Assembly (NCBI RefSeq): GCF_009914755.1
Contig: NC_060928.1
Length of the DNA stretch: 64,000 nt
Strand: one strand, 5' to 3'
Origin: the human T2T-CHM13v2.0 reference genome, Homo sapiens
Below are positions 28,995-42,834 of the stretch, piece by piece. Numbering within the stretch: position 1 is the first letter of the stretch; the number at the start of each line of letters is the position of its first letter. The position numbers and the translations under genes were made by a program. The notes beneath the pieces are model-generated. The model was given only the letters and a program-made list of their open reading frames with translations, made no database searches and was not told the origin of the DNA.

Positions 28995-30203
28995 TGTGCT
29001 ATGAACTGAATTGTACCCCTTCAAAATTTACACGTTAAGCCCAGTCCTCCATGAACAGACACTTCCCAAAAGAAGACATTCATGCAGCCAAAAACATATG
29101 AAAAAAAGCTCTCAACATCACTGATTATAGAGAAATGCAAATGAAAACCACAATGAGATACCATCTCAGGCCAGTCACAATGGCCATTATTAAAAAGTCA
29201 AGAAACAACAGATCTGATGAGATTGTGGAGAAATAGGTTCGCTTTTACACTGTGGTGGGAATATAAATTAGTTCAACCATTGTGGAAGATGTTGTAGCAA
29301 TTATTCAAAGGTCTAGAACCAGAAATACCATTTGACCCAGCAATCCCATTTCTGGTATATACCCAAAGGAATAAAAATCATTCTATTACAAAGATACATG
29401 CACATGTATGTTCATTGCAGTACTATTCACAATAGCAAGGATATGGAATCAACCCAAATCCCCATCAGTGATAGATCTGATAAAGAAAATATGGTACATA
29501 TACACCATGGAATACTATACAGCTATGAAGAGGAATGAGATTATGTCCTTTGCAGGGACATGGATGAAGCTGGAAGCTATTACCCTCAACAAGCTAAGAC
29601 AGGAACAGAAAACCAAACACCACATGTTCTCACTTATAAGTGGGAGCTGAACGATGAGAACACATGAACACAGGGAGGGGAACAACACACATTGGGGCCT
29701 GTTGGTGGGTGGGGTAGGGGAAGGGAGAGTATTAGGAAAAATAGTTAATGTATGCTGGGCTTAATACCGAGGTTATGGGTGTGTATAGGTGCAGCAAACC
29801 ACCATGGCACATGTTTACCTATGTAACAAACCTGCACAGGTACTCCAGAACTAAAACTCAAATTAAAAATTAAGAAAAGCCTATGCCCTCAATGTGATGT
29901 TGTTTGGAGATAAAAATCTTTGGAGATAATTAGGTTTAGATGAGGTAATGAGGGTAGGACCCTCATGAAGAGATCAGTGTCTTCACAAGAAGAGAAATCA
30001 GACAGCTTGCTTTCTCTATCTGTCTTCCTGCCATGTGAGGACACAGTGAGAAGCCAGCTCTTCTGCAAGCCAGAAAGAGAGACATTGCAAGAAATGAAAC
30101 ATGATGACACCTTGGACTTCTAGCCTCCACAACTGTGAGAAAATACATTTCCTTGTTTAAACCACTTGGTTTATAGTATTTTGTTACAGTAGCCTGAGCT
30201 AAG

Positions 30204-30205
<2 letters not shown>
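28995..30205 (+). mobile_element. MLT1A/B-type LTR split by an L1 insertion (pieces ~28995-29050 and ~29880-30205)
   Basis: tgctatgaactgaattgtacccc start; gataattaggtttagatgagg..ttggacttctagcctcca.aactgtgagaaaata..tattttgttacagtagcctgagctaagac end. Confidence 0.8.
29051..29878 (+). mobile_element. 5'-truncated L1PA10-13-like 3' fragment
   Basis: ORF2 C-terminus (MFIAVLFTIA..WNQPK..MFSLISGS) plus 3'UTR and A-rich tail; degenerate TSD aagccc../aagcct.. Confidence 0.88.
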
Positions 30206-30207
<2 letters not shown>

Positions 30208-30261
<54 letters not shown>

Positions 30262-30272
30262 TGTATGTGTGT
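30208..30272. repeat. (TG)n microsatellite
   Basis: About 25 perfect TG units followed by imperfect ones. Confidence 0.97.
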
Positions 30273-31189
30273 TGGGGTTGACTGGAAAGGGGGTGGTGTG
30301 GATGATTCTTCTGGAGTGAGAGTTAAATAGGAGTATGTCTGTGTAAAATTCCATAGGCACTATATTTATAATGTGACTTTTATCTACCACCTTACTTTAT
30401 AGATCACATACTTCAAACATTTTATATATATTATATATATATATTCTAAGATTTCTTATAATAATTTTGTGTACAATCATATGGTAGTGATTTAAATAAG
30501 AATGTTTTAATGCTAATTAATCATATTTAAGGTTTAAGATTGTCCACATAACACACTATACTTACTGAAGTATTTTGTTTTTAATTCCTCCAAGAACAAT
30601 ATAATGCAAGCTCGTAAATTCTCTATTTGCATCACTGTGGAGTGTAGTTAAATCTCTTGGCTATAGACAGCAGAGTTTTTTTTAATCAACTAAACTTTTT
30701 TTGGTAGAAGTTGCTTTTAATAGACATAGGTATAATTTTAAAGTCAAGTTATATCAGGGTTAAGAGCTGTTTTAGAGTTTTTTCAGTTACTTTATCTCTC
30801 TTATTTAGGGTCTTAAATATTTATTGCCCAATTCTATTTTTATAAAGATTACTGAAAATTGTTTTAAAATGCTTTTCAATATCTATTCTACCCTAACTGT
30901 ACTGCATGTGTTTTTATGATTATATAAATTATACATGCTTTTCATAAACAATTCAAATAATACATCAGTAGTCAGCCTTAAGTAAAAAGCCAAATTTAGA
31001 AATAATGTGGAGTTAATGGTTCTATCTTAGACTGAACTACATGTATGGCATGTTTAAAATATATGTGGTCTGTAGAAATGAGCAGAAATAATATATTTTT
31101 CTCAAAGTGAATTAAACTTAGAACATTCTCATTCCATTCTTGAATAGATAACAAATGCTTAAAAATAAATAATCAAAAGAAATAATAGG

Positions 31190-34100
31190 TAGGAGCAAAG
31201 ATGGCCAACTAGGTGCATCCTGGGGGAATATCTCACACTGAGAGACCAGTACATCAGGAAGACTGGCACACCGTGAGCAGATCTTTGGAGGGAAGGCATT
31301 TAGAGTGGACAGAGGAAGGACACAGATGCTAGGCTGAAGGCAGGAAGACAGGAACCCTCCTGCATGGAGCTACCAAGCGCTAGGACTCATTCCTGGCCCA
31401 CAGGGACTCCTGGGGAAGGGGTGAGTTTAACAGGTAAACAGCAGCCTGTTCCTGCCATGGACCTCTGCTGTCTTAGCAGCAGGAGACCCCATGACTCCCA
31501 TGGATACTTGAGCTGGCACAGAGATCTGCTGAGAGAGATGGCAGAGGCAGGGCTCCAGCCTGTGTGCAGTCCAAAAGATTTGCTGTGGGAACAGCTGCAG
31601 TGGAGCATGGCTAGGGATACATATCACCCAAGGCTTTCCATGATCCTGATCCTCCAGGAGACATTAGTTTTAGGGTGACTGTTGGACCTGCACAGAGCAG
31701 GATGGTCCTGACCATAGGATGGTGCCAGTCTGGTCTGAGCACTCTCCTGTCTGCTGGCTTCTCCTGGGTCCCTGGCCTGGCTGCACCTGCTTGCAGTGAA
31801 GCTGGAGCCCTCATTATAGATCCTTTTCCAGCAGACCATGCATGACCTTTGGAGAGCTTTGGCCCTTGCTGACCTGCCCCAGTCCACCCACACCCACCCC
31901 CGACTCCAACCTCCTCCCACTGCTTTTCCGACATGCACTCACCCACGGCCTCCTCCACCGCTTTGCTGGTGCACATGTGTAGGTGGACCTTGCTTTCCCT
32001 GCTGGCATGCCTGTGTGCATGTGCTCCACCATGTCACCACTGCCAGCATGAGTACACCCCATTGCTGGCACAAGTATACTCCATCACATCACCATCACTG
32101 ACACAAATATATCCACAGATGTCGACAACCACACACCCACTGCACCAGTGCTACTGCTGCCGGTGCAAACACACACATGGATGCCAGCAACTCTGCTCCT
32201 GCCAGTTCTCCATCCCAGCCAATGTGTGTGCACTTCACTGCATTCCTTTGGCTGCTGGTATGTGTGAGTGATCATGGATCCCACTGCCACCATCTGGACA
32301 AAGTGTTCTGGCAACTTAAAAAGCTAGAGTGCCTTATATCCAAATGACCAAACTAGCTCTCCTATGTTGGCTCTTAACCAGGCTGAAATGGCTTCAAATG
32401 ACAGAAATAGAATGCAGAACATAAATGGGAATGAAGATCATCAATATTCAGAAGAAAGTCAAAACCCAATTCAAGGAATATAAAAGGACACAGGAGCTGA
32501 AAGACAGAATGACCATTTTAAGAAAAAAGCAAACGGATACAATACAGCTAAGAAATTCACTTAAGTAATTTGATAATACAATCCCAAGTTAAGAACAGAA
32601 TAGACCAGGCTGAGAAGAGAATCTCTAAACTTGAAAGATCATTCCTCCAAAATAATTTAGTGAGACAAAAATAAAGAAAAAAAATAAATTAGAATAAACA
32701 AATACCCCTGAGAAATATGAGATTATGTAAAGAGACCATATCTATGACTCATTAACATTCCTGAAAGAGAGAGAGAGAGAGAAAACAAACAACTTGGAAA
32801 ATATATCTGGGGACATTGTCCATGAAAATTTTACCAACCTCACTAGAGAGGTCAACATCAAATTCAGGAGATGTAGAGACCCTGTGAGATACTATACAAG
32901 ATGATCATCCCAAACACTCAAGACACATTGTCATCAGATTCTCCAAGCTCAACATGAAAGAAAACATGTTAAAGGTAGCTAGGCAGAAGTGAAAGATACC
33001 TACAAAGGGAACCCATCAATCTAACAGTGGAACTTCAGTAGAAACCCTTTAAGCCAGAAGATATTGGAAGCCTATATTCAACATTCTTAAAGAAAATAAA
33101 TTCTAAACAAGCATTGCATATCCAGCCAAACTAAGCTTCATAAGTGAAGGAAAAATAAGATCTTCTTCAGACAAGCAAATTCTGAGGGAATTTATTACTA
33201 CCAGATCTGCCTTACAAGAGTTCCTTAAAAGCATGCTAAATATGAGAAGAAAAGACTGTTACCAGCTTCCACAAAAACATACTTATGTACATAGACTATT
33301 GACATTATGAAACAACTACACAATCAAGTCTGCATAATAATCAGCAAACAACATGATGACAGGGTCAAATCTGCACATATCAATATTAACTTTGAGTGTA
33401 AACAGGCTAAATACCCCAATCAAAAGCCAGAGAGGGGCAAGTTAGATAATAAAGCAAGACGCAACTATATTCTGTTTTCAAGAGACTCATCTCACATGCA
33501 GTGACACTCATAGGCTCAAATAACAGGGTTGGAGAAAAATCTATCAAGCAAATGGAGAATAGGAAAAAGCAGGGGTTTCTAATCTAATTTTAGACAAAAC
33601 AGACATTAAACCAAAAAATGATCAAAAAAGACAAAGAAGGGCATTATATAATGGTAAAGGGTTCAATTAAACAAGAAAACCTAACTATTCTAAATATATA
33701 TAGGCCCTTGTCTTTTTTTAATCATTTTTTTGGTTTAAAGTCTGTTTATCTAAAATTAGAATAGCAACCCCCACTTTTTACATATATATGTAATGTATAT
33801 ATGTAATGTATATATATGTATATAATGTATATATATGTAATGTGTATATATATGTAAAAAGCGGGGGTTGCTATTCTAATTTTATATATATATACACGCA
33901 CACATATATATCTAGACACACACATACACATATCTGTGCATGTGTGTGTGTGTGTGTATCCAACACAGGAGCATTAGGATTCATAATGCAAGTTCTTAGA
34001 GACTGACACAGATAATTAGATAACTACACAATAACAGTGGGAGACTTCAACACCCCACTGATAGTATTAGATAGATCTTTGAGGTAGAATACTAACAAGT

Positions 34101-36460
34101 ATATTTGGGACCTGAAATGGGACACTTGACCCAATGGACCTAACAGAATGTAGGTCCATTCTCCACCCCAAACAATAGAATGTACTCTCCACCTCAAAAC
34201 AACAGAATGTACGTTCTTCTCATCTGCACATGGCACATATTGTAAAATAAATCACACAATCTGCCATAAAACAATTCTTAGCAAATTAAAAAAAAACAAA
34301 AATCATACCAACCACATTCTTAGACCACAGTGCAATCAAAATAGAAATCAGTACTAAGAAGATCACTCAAAACCATACAATTACATGGAATTTAGGCAAC
34401 CTGCTCCTCAATGATGCTCGGGTAAACAATGAAATTAAGGTAAAAATAAAAAAAAATTCTTAGAAACTAAAGAGAACATATATAACACACTAGAATCTCT
34501 AGGATACAGATGAAGCAGTGTTAAGAGTTAAGACTCTTAACTAGAATCTCTTAACTAGAGTCTTAACTCTTAACTAGAATCTCTAGGATACAGATGAAGC
34601 AGTGTTAAGAGTTTAGACTCTTAGCTAGAATCTCTTAACTAGAGTCTTAACTCTTAACTAGAATCTCTAGGATACAGATGAAGCAGTGTTAAGAGTTAAG
34701 ACTCTTAACTAGAATCTCTTAACTAGAGTCTTAACTCTTAACTAGAATCTCTAGGATACAGATGAAGGAGTGTTAAGAGTTAAGACTCTTAACTAGAATC
34801 TCTTAACTAGAGTCTTAACTCTTAACTAGAATCTCTAGGATACAGATGAAGCAGTGTTAAGAGTTAAGAGTTTAACTCCTCTTAACACTGCTTCATCTGT
34901 ATCCTAGACATTCTAGTATGTTCTATCTGTTCTCTTTAGTTTCTGAGAATTTTGATGTGAACTAAATGGCCACATCAAAAAGTTAGAAAGGTCTGAAATT
35001 AATAACCTAATATGTACCTACATGAGTTAGAAAACAAAAGTAAACCAACCCCAAATATAGCAGAAGAGAACAAACAAAATAAGAGCTGAACTGAAGATGC
35101 AAACAACTATAAAAGAGATCAGTGAATCCAGGAGTTGGTTCCTTGAAAGAAGAAATAAAGTTGATGGACCACGAACTAGAACAAAAAAGAAGAAGAGAGA
35201 GAATATCCAAATAAACACCATCAGTACTAACAATGGGAACATTACCAAGAATCCCATAGAAATACAAAAAAATCCCCAGAGACTATGACAAATACCTCTT
35301 TTCACACAAACTAGAAAACCAAGAAGAAATCTATACATTCCTGGAATTATACAACCTCTCAAGATTGAACCAGGAAGAAATTGAAAACTTGAACAGACCA
35401 ATAACATGTTCTGAAATTGAATCAGTAATTAAGTCTACCAACAAGAAAAAGTCCAGGACCAGAAAGATTCACAGCCAAGTTCTGCTAGATGAATAAGGTG
35501 AGGTGGTACCATTACTACTGAAACTATTCCAAAAATTGAGGAAGGAAGTGTCTTACCTGACTCATTTTATGAGGATAGCATCATTCTGATATTAAACTTG
35601 GAAGAGGCACAATAAAAAAAGAAAACTTCAGGTCAATATTTTTGATAAATATAAATGCAAAATTACTCAACAAAATACTATCATACAAAATCCAGCAGCA
35701 TATCAAAAAGCTTATCTACCACAGTCAAGTAGGTTTTGTCCCTGGGGTGCAAGGTTGATTTAACATACATAAATCAATAAATGCAATTCATCACATGAAC
35801 AGAACTAAAAACTAGAACCACATGATTATATCAATATATGCAGAAAAGGCTTTCAATAAAATTTAACATACCTTCCTAATAAAAAACCTCAATAACCTAG
35901 GCACCGAAGGAAGATAACTCTGAATAAGAAGAGCCATCCATGGCAAATCCAAAGCCAACATCGTACTGAACGGACAAAAGCTGGAAGCAACCAAAACAAG
36001 GATGTTCACTTTCACCACTCTTACTCAACATAATACTGGAAGTCCTAGCTACAGTAAGCAAGCAAGAGGAAAAAAAAATGAAAGTTATCCAAGTAGAAAG
36101 AGAGGAAGTCAAAATATCTCTGTTTGCAGAGGATTTCATTCTATACCTACAAAACCCCATACTCCATGTGCAAAAGCTCCTACATCTGATAAACTTCAGC
36201 AAAGTTTTAGGATGCAAAATCCACATACAAAAATTGGTAACATTTCTATACACCAGCAATGTGCAAGCTGAGAGCCAAATCAAGAGTGCAATCACTTTCA
36301 CAATACCCACCAAAGACATAAAATATCTAGGAATACAGTTCACCAGGGAGGTGAAAGAATTAGAGACACTGCTGAAAAAATTGGAGGTGACACAAAATCA
36401 GTGGAAAAACATTCCGTGCTCATGGATGGGAAGAATCAATGGCCACACTGCCAAAACCAA
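31190..36460 (+). mobile_element. Older primate L1 (L1PA13-16/L1PB-age): 5'UTR, decayed ORF1 (~32390-33300) and ORF2 (33355 onward), 3'-truncated and rearranged
   Basis: aagatggccaactag 5' end; GC-rich UTR; ORF1 motif tatccagccaaactaagcttcataagtgaagg; ORF2 atgacagggtcaaat..; RT peptide [29 protein letters not shown]; ends without 3'UTR. Confidence 0.9.
34490..34870. repeat. 84-bp minisatellite, about 4.5 copies, each with an internal 17-bp inverted repeat
   Basis: Units start at 34490, 34574, 34658, 34742 and 34826 with ctagaatctctaggatacagatgaagcagtgttaagag. Confidence 0.95.
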
Positions 36461-37429
36461 TTTATGTCCTTACATTTTTAAGTATGATAGTGATTTTAGG
36501 GAATGAAGTCAAGAAAATTCAGCTTATACTCTTTGTATATACACTTTATAACTTTGTGAGAGAGAAGTAAATCTAAGAAAAATGTCAAAGAATGAAAGTT
36601 AAGTGAGTTCTTAGGTAGAAATGAAGAGGCAGTTTCCGATATGGGGCCAGCAAAAACCAGGTTAAGAGATAGGACAGTGATCCATAAAAAGTGATCTTTA
36701 CTGGCGAAGTGAGAGAACATGTTTATATTTACTTATATTAATGACTATCCTATATTTAAAGTGAAATTTTATACTTTCTTCATTGTCTTGTAATGTACAT
36801 TTCATATGAAAATTTGATAAAAGTTAAGGATAGTACCCGATTAAAAAAATAACTGTTTCATTACTTGACTTTCATGACTTCTTTCATGACTTGCTGGTAG
36901 CAAAAGCGAGCTGAACTTAGAGGGAGATGAAGTAGTGGGACATGTGAGAATTCAGGGCAAAATCAGTCTGAAATCAAAGAGGGTAATAGTTGTTGGACTG
37001 GGTTGTTGGGAGACTAGTTGAGTGTAGTAGTTCTATTACTTCCTTCTCTACCTCCGTTCATGTGCTAATGCCTTGGTGACTGTTGAGGAACACTGAGAAC
37101 TGCTGAGGTTTGGACTTAAGGAGAGCAGGTAGGTAAGCTAGACTCCAAGGAGGCAGCAGTTATGTAGCGTGTAGTCTGGGGTTAAAGGAGGGAAGCCTGA
37201 TGACTAATGGCACTGAAAATGTGCTTAGAAGACTTTGCCACTACAGAAGATGGTTATTTTATGAGTTTAAAGCTCACTGGTCAGGAATGCAGTAGGAAAT
37301 CCCAGGGGATGAAATAGTAATAGAAAAAGCTGGGATCAATTTCAGTTGAGGAAAACCACACAAAATTTATCCTAAGACTACCCAAGTCAGAAACATATAT
37401 CACTTAGCAGGCCACCTTAAAAGTAAAAT

Positions 37430-37630
37430 TTTCAAAATATAATATATTACATAGTTTTAAATAGATAGGAGGATATCAAATGTTCCCAACACAAGGAAAT
37501 GGTAAATGTCTGAAATGATGGATATGCTAACTGCCCTCATCTGGTCATTATATGTTTGGCAACATCACTATGTACCCCATAAATATGTACAATTGTGATG
37601 TGTCAATTAAAATTTTAAAAAAATTAGAAA
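37430..37630 (+). mobile_element. L1MA-type 3' end
   Basis: aatgttcccaacacaaggaaatg..gatggatatgctaa..tgtaccccataaatatgtacaatt..A-rich end. Confidence 0.8.
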
Positions 37631-39199
37631 AAATTAGTTCAATTTATAAAGGACTGGCTTTCCTAGTACAGATACTTAATGATAATTAATTACAAATTTC
37701 CTCTGAATACTCATAAGAGGGAGGCTAACTACTTCACAGGAGACTTGACTAATTCTGATTGAAATAATTGTTTTAAAATAAACTGAAGCTAACTACTTAA
37801 AACAAAAAAAAAATAAATATAAATATTTTAATCACTTGCTAAAATTTGAAGAAATGCTACAGTTTGGGAAAACAAGAGTTTTAATTAATTTTAATTATAA
37901 TCTTGCCTCCATATTTGTTGAGATTTTAATGTTCTTTCATCTGGGCTTTTCTTGAATAGCTAGTCCTTTCTTGTGTTTGAAATTGCATTATTTCTTGTCA
38001 TATTGAAACAATTGCAAAATTGAATTCTGCTATATTTTAAGTAGATTTTTACCTGAAGGAATAGTTTTTTTTCTTCTGCCTATGTCAAACTTTATCATGC
38101 AAATCTCAATAATAAATACTGAGTTGTGATTCCATCTTTGAGGCAATCTGTCCGTCAGGTGGGCAGAGGAATCTTAATATTTTTTTTCAGGTCTGAAAGG
38201 ATTGTCACCATAGCAGACTTAGACAATAATACAAAAGAGAGAGCAAGAAAAACAAAGCATACATTTTAACCTTTTCTTTCTGACTGATTCTTTATATTTT
38301 AATATATGGAATGTGAGATAGTTTTTGGGAACCTCTTTCATGATTAAGAATGAAGAAGAGTAAAAGATAAGGTGAGGTGTTTATATCCACTGCACAATGA
38401 TCTCCATCTTCTGGAAAAGAAAACAACCACCATCACAAGTAATTTGGATAAATATGGTAGATCTCAAACTCTAGTTACTCAAGAATTCACACACTGAAGA
38501 GAGAGCTGAGAATACTATCATCACATAATTTAATAATACAAGGCATGGTGATTCTCTAATTAAGCTAATCAACTGTATGTGTGTTGCTAACTATTGATAA
38601 AGTTTAACGCCAAGTTTGAAATGATTTGTCTGGGAAGGGTGTTGTAGTTTTTTTTTTAATCTTCCATGAGGGGAATAAATGTTTTAGTTGAAAAACTATT
38701 TTAATAGTCTTAATTTTAGATAACTTTAAAATTACTAGTAAAGACATTTTGAGAAGATAAGTTTTAATGACAATATTACAAAGGGTAGCTAATATTTAGG
38801 AAAAAAACTATGCAATCTAATGGCTATGTTTGATTCTAATTAGGTAATTTTAATATTTAATTAAAATCCAGAATTTTAGTTCAGTTTACAAAACAAGAGA
38901 TATTGAGTATAGAAATATCAAGCAAATGTTGATACAGTATAAACATGTATGATGTAAATTAGATCATCATTTTAAGATAGAGGCTTGATGACAGCTCTAA
39001 TCCATAATAACAACATAAAAATTCAAGACCAATGTATGATACAATAAGATTAGAACGTATTATAGAAAGTAGGATGTTTGGGGTATAAAGCCTATCATTT
39101 TTATTTTTTCTTGTATATTTGGTAGGTAATTCTCAAAGAGTAGAAAAATACATTACACTCTTTCACCCTTGACCTACTATTTCTCTTCTTGTAGCCATA

Positions 39200-39740
39200 C
39201 TGGCATTTTTCCATTCCACTGTAGTCAGAAAGATCAGTTATAAATACAAATTCCCTTATTAAATTTCTGCTGAATTTCCCTGCCTCTTTCCACTTTTGCA
39301 TCCCTTCCACAACTTTAAAATCCTCAAGCATTTTACATTGCTGTTAGGATAAATTTCAAAATACTTATCATGACCTACATGTCCTTGGATGATGAAATCT
39401 TTGCTTTCCATCTTCACTTCACCCTTCTCCTCCTTGTGTTTATATCCTCTAACCATTCCAAGGAACTTCTGATTGTCCTCAGAGGCTTTATATACTCTTC
39501 CCTTTATATGGAAGCATCTTTACCCTCCCGTCTGTTAACTTCTATTCATTCTCCTTGTCTGCCAAGGTCCGCTCAGTTTTCCTGTTAATGGAAGTACAAA
39601 TTGCATTATTCTTTTTCCTTCTAGGCTTTAACATACTTTGAAATAATATTTTTATTTGTGTGATTATTTAATATCTCTCTCATCTCATTGGAATGTTAGT
39701 ATGCAAGTGCTCAGTACACTATAATTAAGTGATTAATGAC
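39200..39740 (+). mobile_element. L2 3' fragment
   Basis: ttaggataaatttcaaaatacttatcatgacctaca; tttatttgtgtgattatttaatatctctctc. Confidence 0.55.
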
Positions 39741-41980
39741 ATATGATGTTAAACCTTGCATTTTAGATAGTTGAAGTGAATCTAATTAGTAGAAAATATT
39801 TTATAGACATGCTCATTAATTTCACTGCTCTTCTAAAAAATAGAAATGATTGGCAGGTTGATTTTTTCTTAGATATGCTTTGAAACAAAAAAGCTTTTTG
39901 AAAAGACCTATTTCAGATTATATCTCATGAAATTTGTCAAAAATCTATCATCATCTACCATAGGCTCGGTAAGACTAAAAGATATTTTTACCCCTCAAGA
40001 TAAAAATATTGTTGGGGATATAAATCTAATACTAAAAATATTATAAATTGTGCTCTCGCTTTTCTAGTTCTGGAAAGAATAAATAAATAGATATTTTACA
40101 GAATAATTATAGTAGAATATATTCTCTTTATTATTTGACCAAAATTTCAACAGTTAAAAATATTATATCTAAAAATTCCACCAAGCTAACACTTCACATT
40201 ATTTTCTTTGGTGATTGGGTTCTTGTTTTATTTTTATTGTTATTATTAGCAAATTCAGAGTCTTGTAAAAAAAGTAGCAAGTTTTAGATATTCTTGCTAA
40301 GAAAACTGTTCTCAATCTGGAGATCATAGCCAATTTCTCTGCTGATATTTCTTATTAAAACTTCTGAAGTAGGAGCTACCTCCTCCAAACTCCAAGGCTG
40401 GAGTAGTCCTGCATAGACACTAGTCTAGATGCTAGGAACATTCTTATTTGAGCCAATTTACTACATTAATAATCTCAGAGCTCCATGACATATAACACAA
40501 CCATATGAAAGAGTAGAGTAGACTTAGTCATAAACAAGGTACTCATTTTTCTTTCTCATATTACAAGCTAACATAGATTGGTCAAAATACATTTCTGAAC
40601 TTAAGGCTGAAAAACTATAAAGTTTTCTTTTTATCCAAAGGTCCCTGGAAATTCTGCTAAGAGCCTGTACACAAGGTATAGGGCCTATTCTTATACGCAA
40701 GTACTTATAAGCAAGGATTTGGGGGATGATATTTTAGAAGAATGTTTAAAATGAGTATTAGGTGGTCAAGTACATACTTAGTTTTTTATAATATTTGTTC
40801 CTACTGTTAACAAATTTTACAGAAATATTGCCAAAGTACCTATGCACTAACAATATCACATGGCAAACAAAGAAAGCTTTAACTTCTTCCTACTTCAAAA
40901 ACTAGTTCTAAAGCCACTCTTTTTCTAATTGAGGATCTACCTTCAATTAGTCAAAATGCCAGTGATTGTCTTCTCACAGCCCAGCTCCTAATTTAAATTG
41001 ATAAATGTACTTTTAAACCAATTTCTGGAGACATCTTCATCTCATCCAACCCTGAGTTTCACTATGGCTCCCCAAATTCCTGCCTTTTACTCTGTAATTG
41101 GCAATCCAGTGCTAGAAAATAGTATTGCTCATCTCTTTTCTATATGACCTTGGAGTCCAATTACATTTCAGGGAACATGCTAAGGATTTTCACCAGCATC
41201 TGTCTATTACTTAAAAACAAGAATGATTGGTCCTGAAAATTGGTCCTTAAGTTGAAAGGCTGCTTGGCTGAGCATGAACACGATTGAGCTGCTCTGACTT
41301 TGCTCCAACATCCATGAGGCCGATTTGCCCTTTATCTTGTTCTTGACTAAGTTTTTCATTTTATAAACTATAGTCAACTTTTTCTATTACACAGAGTATC
41401 TAAGATATCAATGATTTCATCTCACTCATATGAATAAATATGACAGAAAACATGTTTATAATTCTCTGCTGACAACTCTATGAATGCACATGGAATGTTT
41501 ATAAATTTCACTTTGCTGAGCCTTTGCAAACTTAGATACAATAATAAGGATGCCAATGAGAATGCACCAGTTGTGTAGCTCAGATGCAGTTTAATGTTTC
41601 TGCATACAAAAGAGACACAAATAAAGGCCAAGATAAAATACTGGGGGAGTTTTCAAAAGGAACCTGGGAGTTTAGAGGCCAGCTACAAGAATGAAGCAAC
41701 CTGGGTAGTAGCTGAGGACAGAAATTAAGAAACATATGATGCTGATTTAATGTGAGGCTTTGCTTGATAAATCCCATTACCTCCAGCTCCCCTCTGTAAT
41801 CTTCAGTAAGCATCTATTTCTCATTTTTTGTCTGATGAAATGAGTTTTCTTTGTTGGGGGAGGGACTGATGAGCTCCATAAATAGCTATGCTTTCAATGG
41901 ACCAGATGCAGATGGATTTTTTTGTGCGCTTAGCAGCTCTCAACCACATGGTTGTTTATTGCTGAAATCTGCTGATCTAG

Positions 41981-42277
<297 letters not shown>

Positions 42278-42299
42278 ATCCCCACTTTTTATATCTACC

Positions 42300-42512
42300 T
42301 AAGGTTCTCTCAACACCATTTTTTGAACATTGATCTGCAGAACAGGGCCAAGAGACCAGCATACATTCATCTGAAGTGCTTGTCAAAATCCAGCCTCCTG
42401 CTCATCTGTCTTCAGCATTCAAGGTTCAAAAGTTCTGGATTGGGGCAAGAAATCTTATTTTTATAAGTTCCCAAAAGATTGTGAATCTGACCCAGGGTAA
42501 AGAATTACTCCT
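42300..42512. mobile_element. MER5-like hAT-Charlie MITE
   Basis: ggttctctcaac start; ggggcaagaaatcttatttttataagttcccaaaagatt..aagaattact end. Confidence 0.5.
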
Positions 42513-42834
42513 TTATGATAATCTGGCCACAGGTTTGACCTGGATCACTGCAGTTTTGTTGCTGAGTTGAAATCCTTGTCCTCTACTTTAGCTGTGCTAT
42601 CTGGGTGAATTACCAAGCAAAGGAGACATCCATGAAGCCACCAGCCATCAGAGAGTTGAGCCTATGACAAACTTAACCGCTTCTCTCTCTTTCTCTGTTT
42701 TTCTTAACTAGACAAAATTACAACCACTTTATCAGTTAAAGTAGTCTTTTTCTCATACAATGAAAGTATAAAATCTTTTTGCCACTTCATATAAACAAAA
42801 TAGTCAATTCTCTTTTATGCAACTGCCTGAAGTG

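Noticed and set aside
29051-29878. Displaced 3' end of the L1 at 31190-36460
   Set aside because: It sits inside an MLT1 LTR with its own apparent TSD, consistent with an independent insertion
31364-32314. Cluster of overlapping ORFs on both strands
   Set aside because: GC-rich L1 5'UTR
34490-34870. CRISPR-like array of palindromic repeats
   Set aside because: Units are identical end to end with no unique spacers, derive from flanking L1 sequence, there are no cas genes, and the context is primate
38180-38280. Acceptor-like ttttttttcag followed by purine-rich sequence
   Set aside because: No convincing donor or recognisable coding frame
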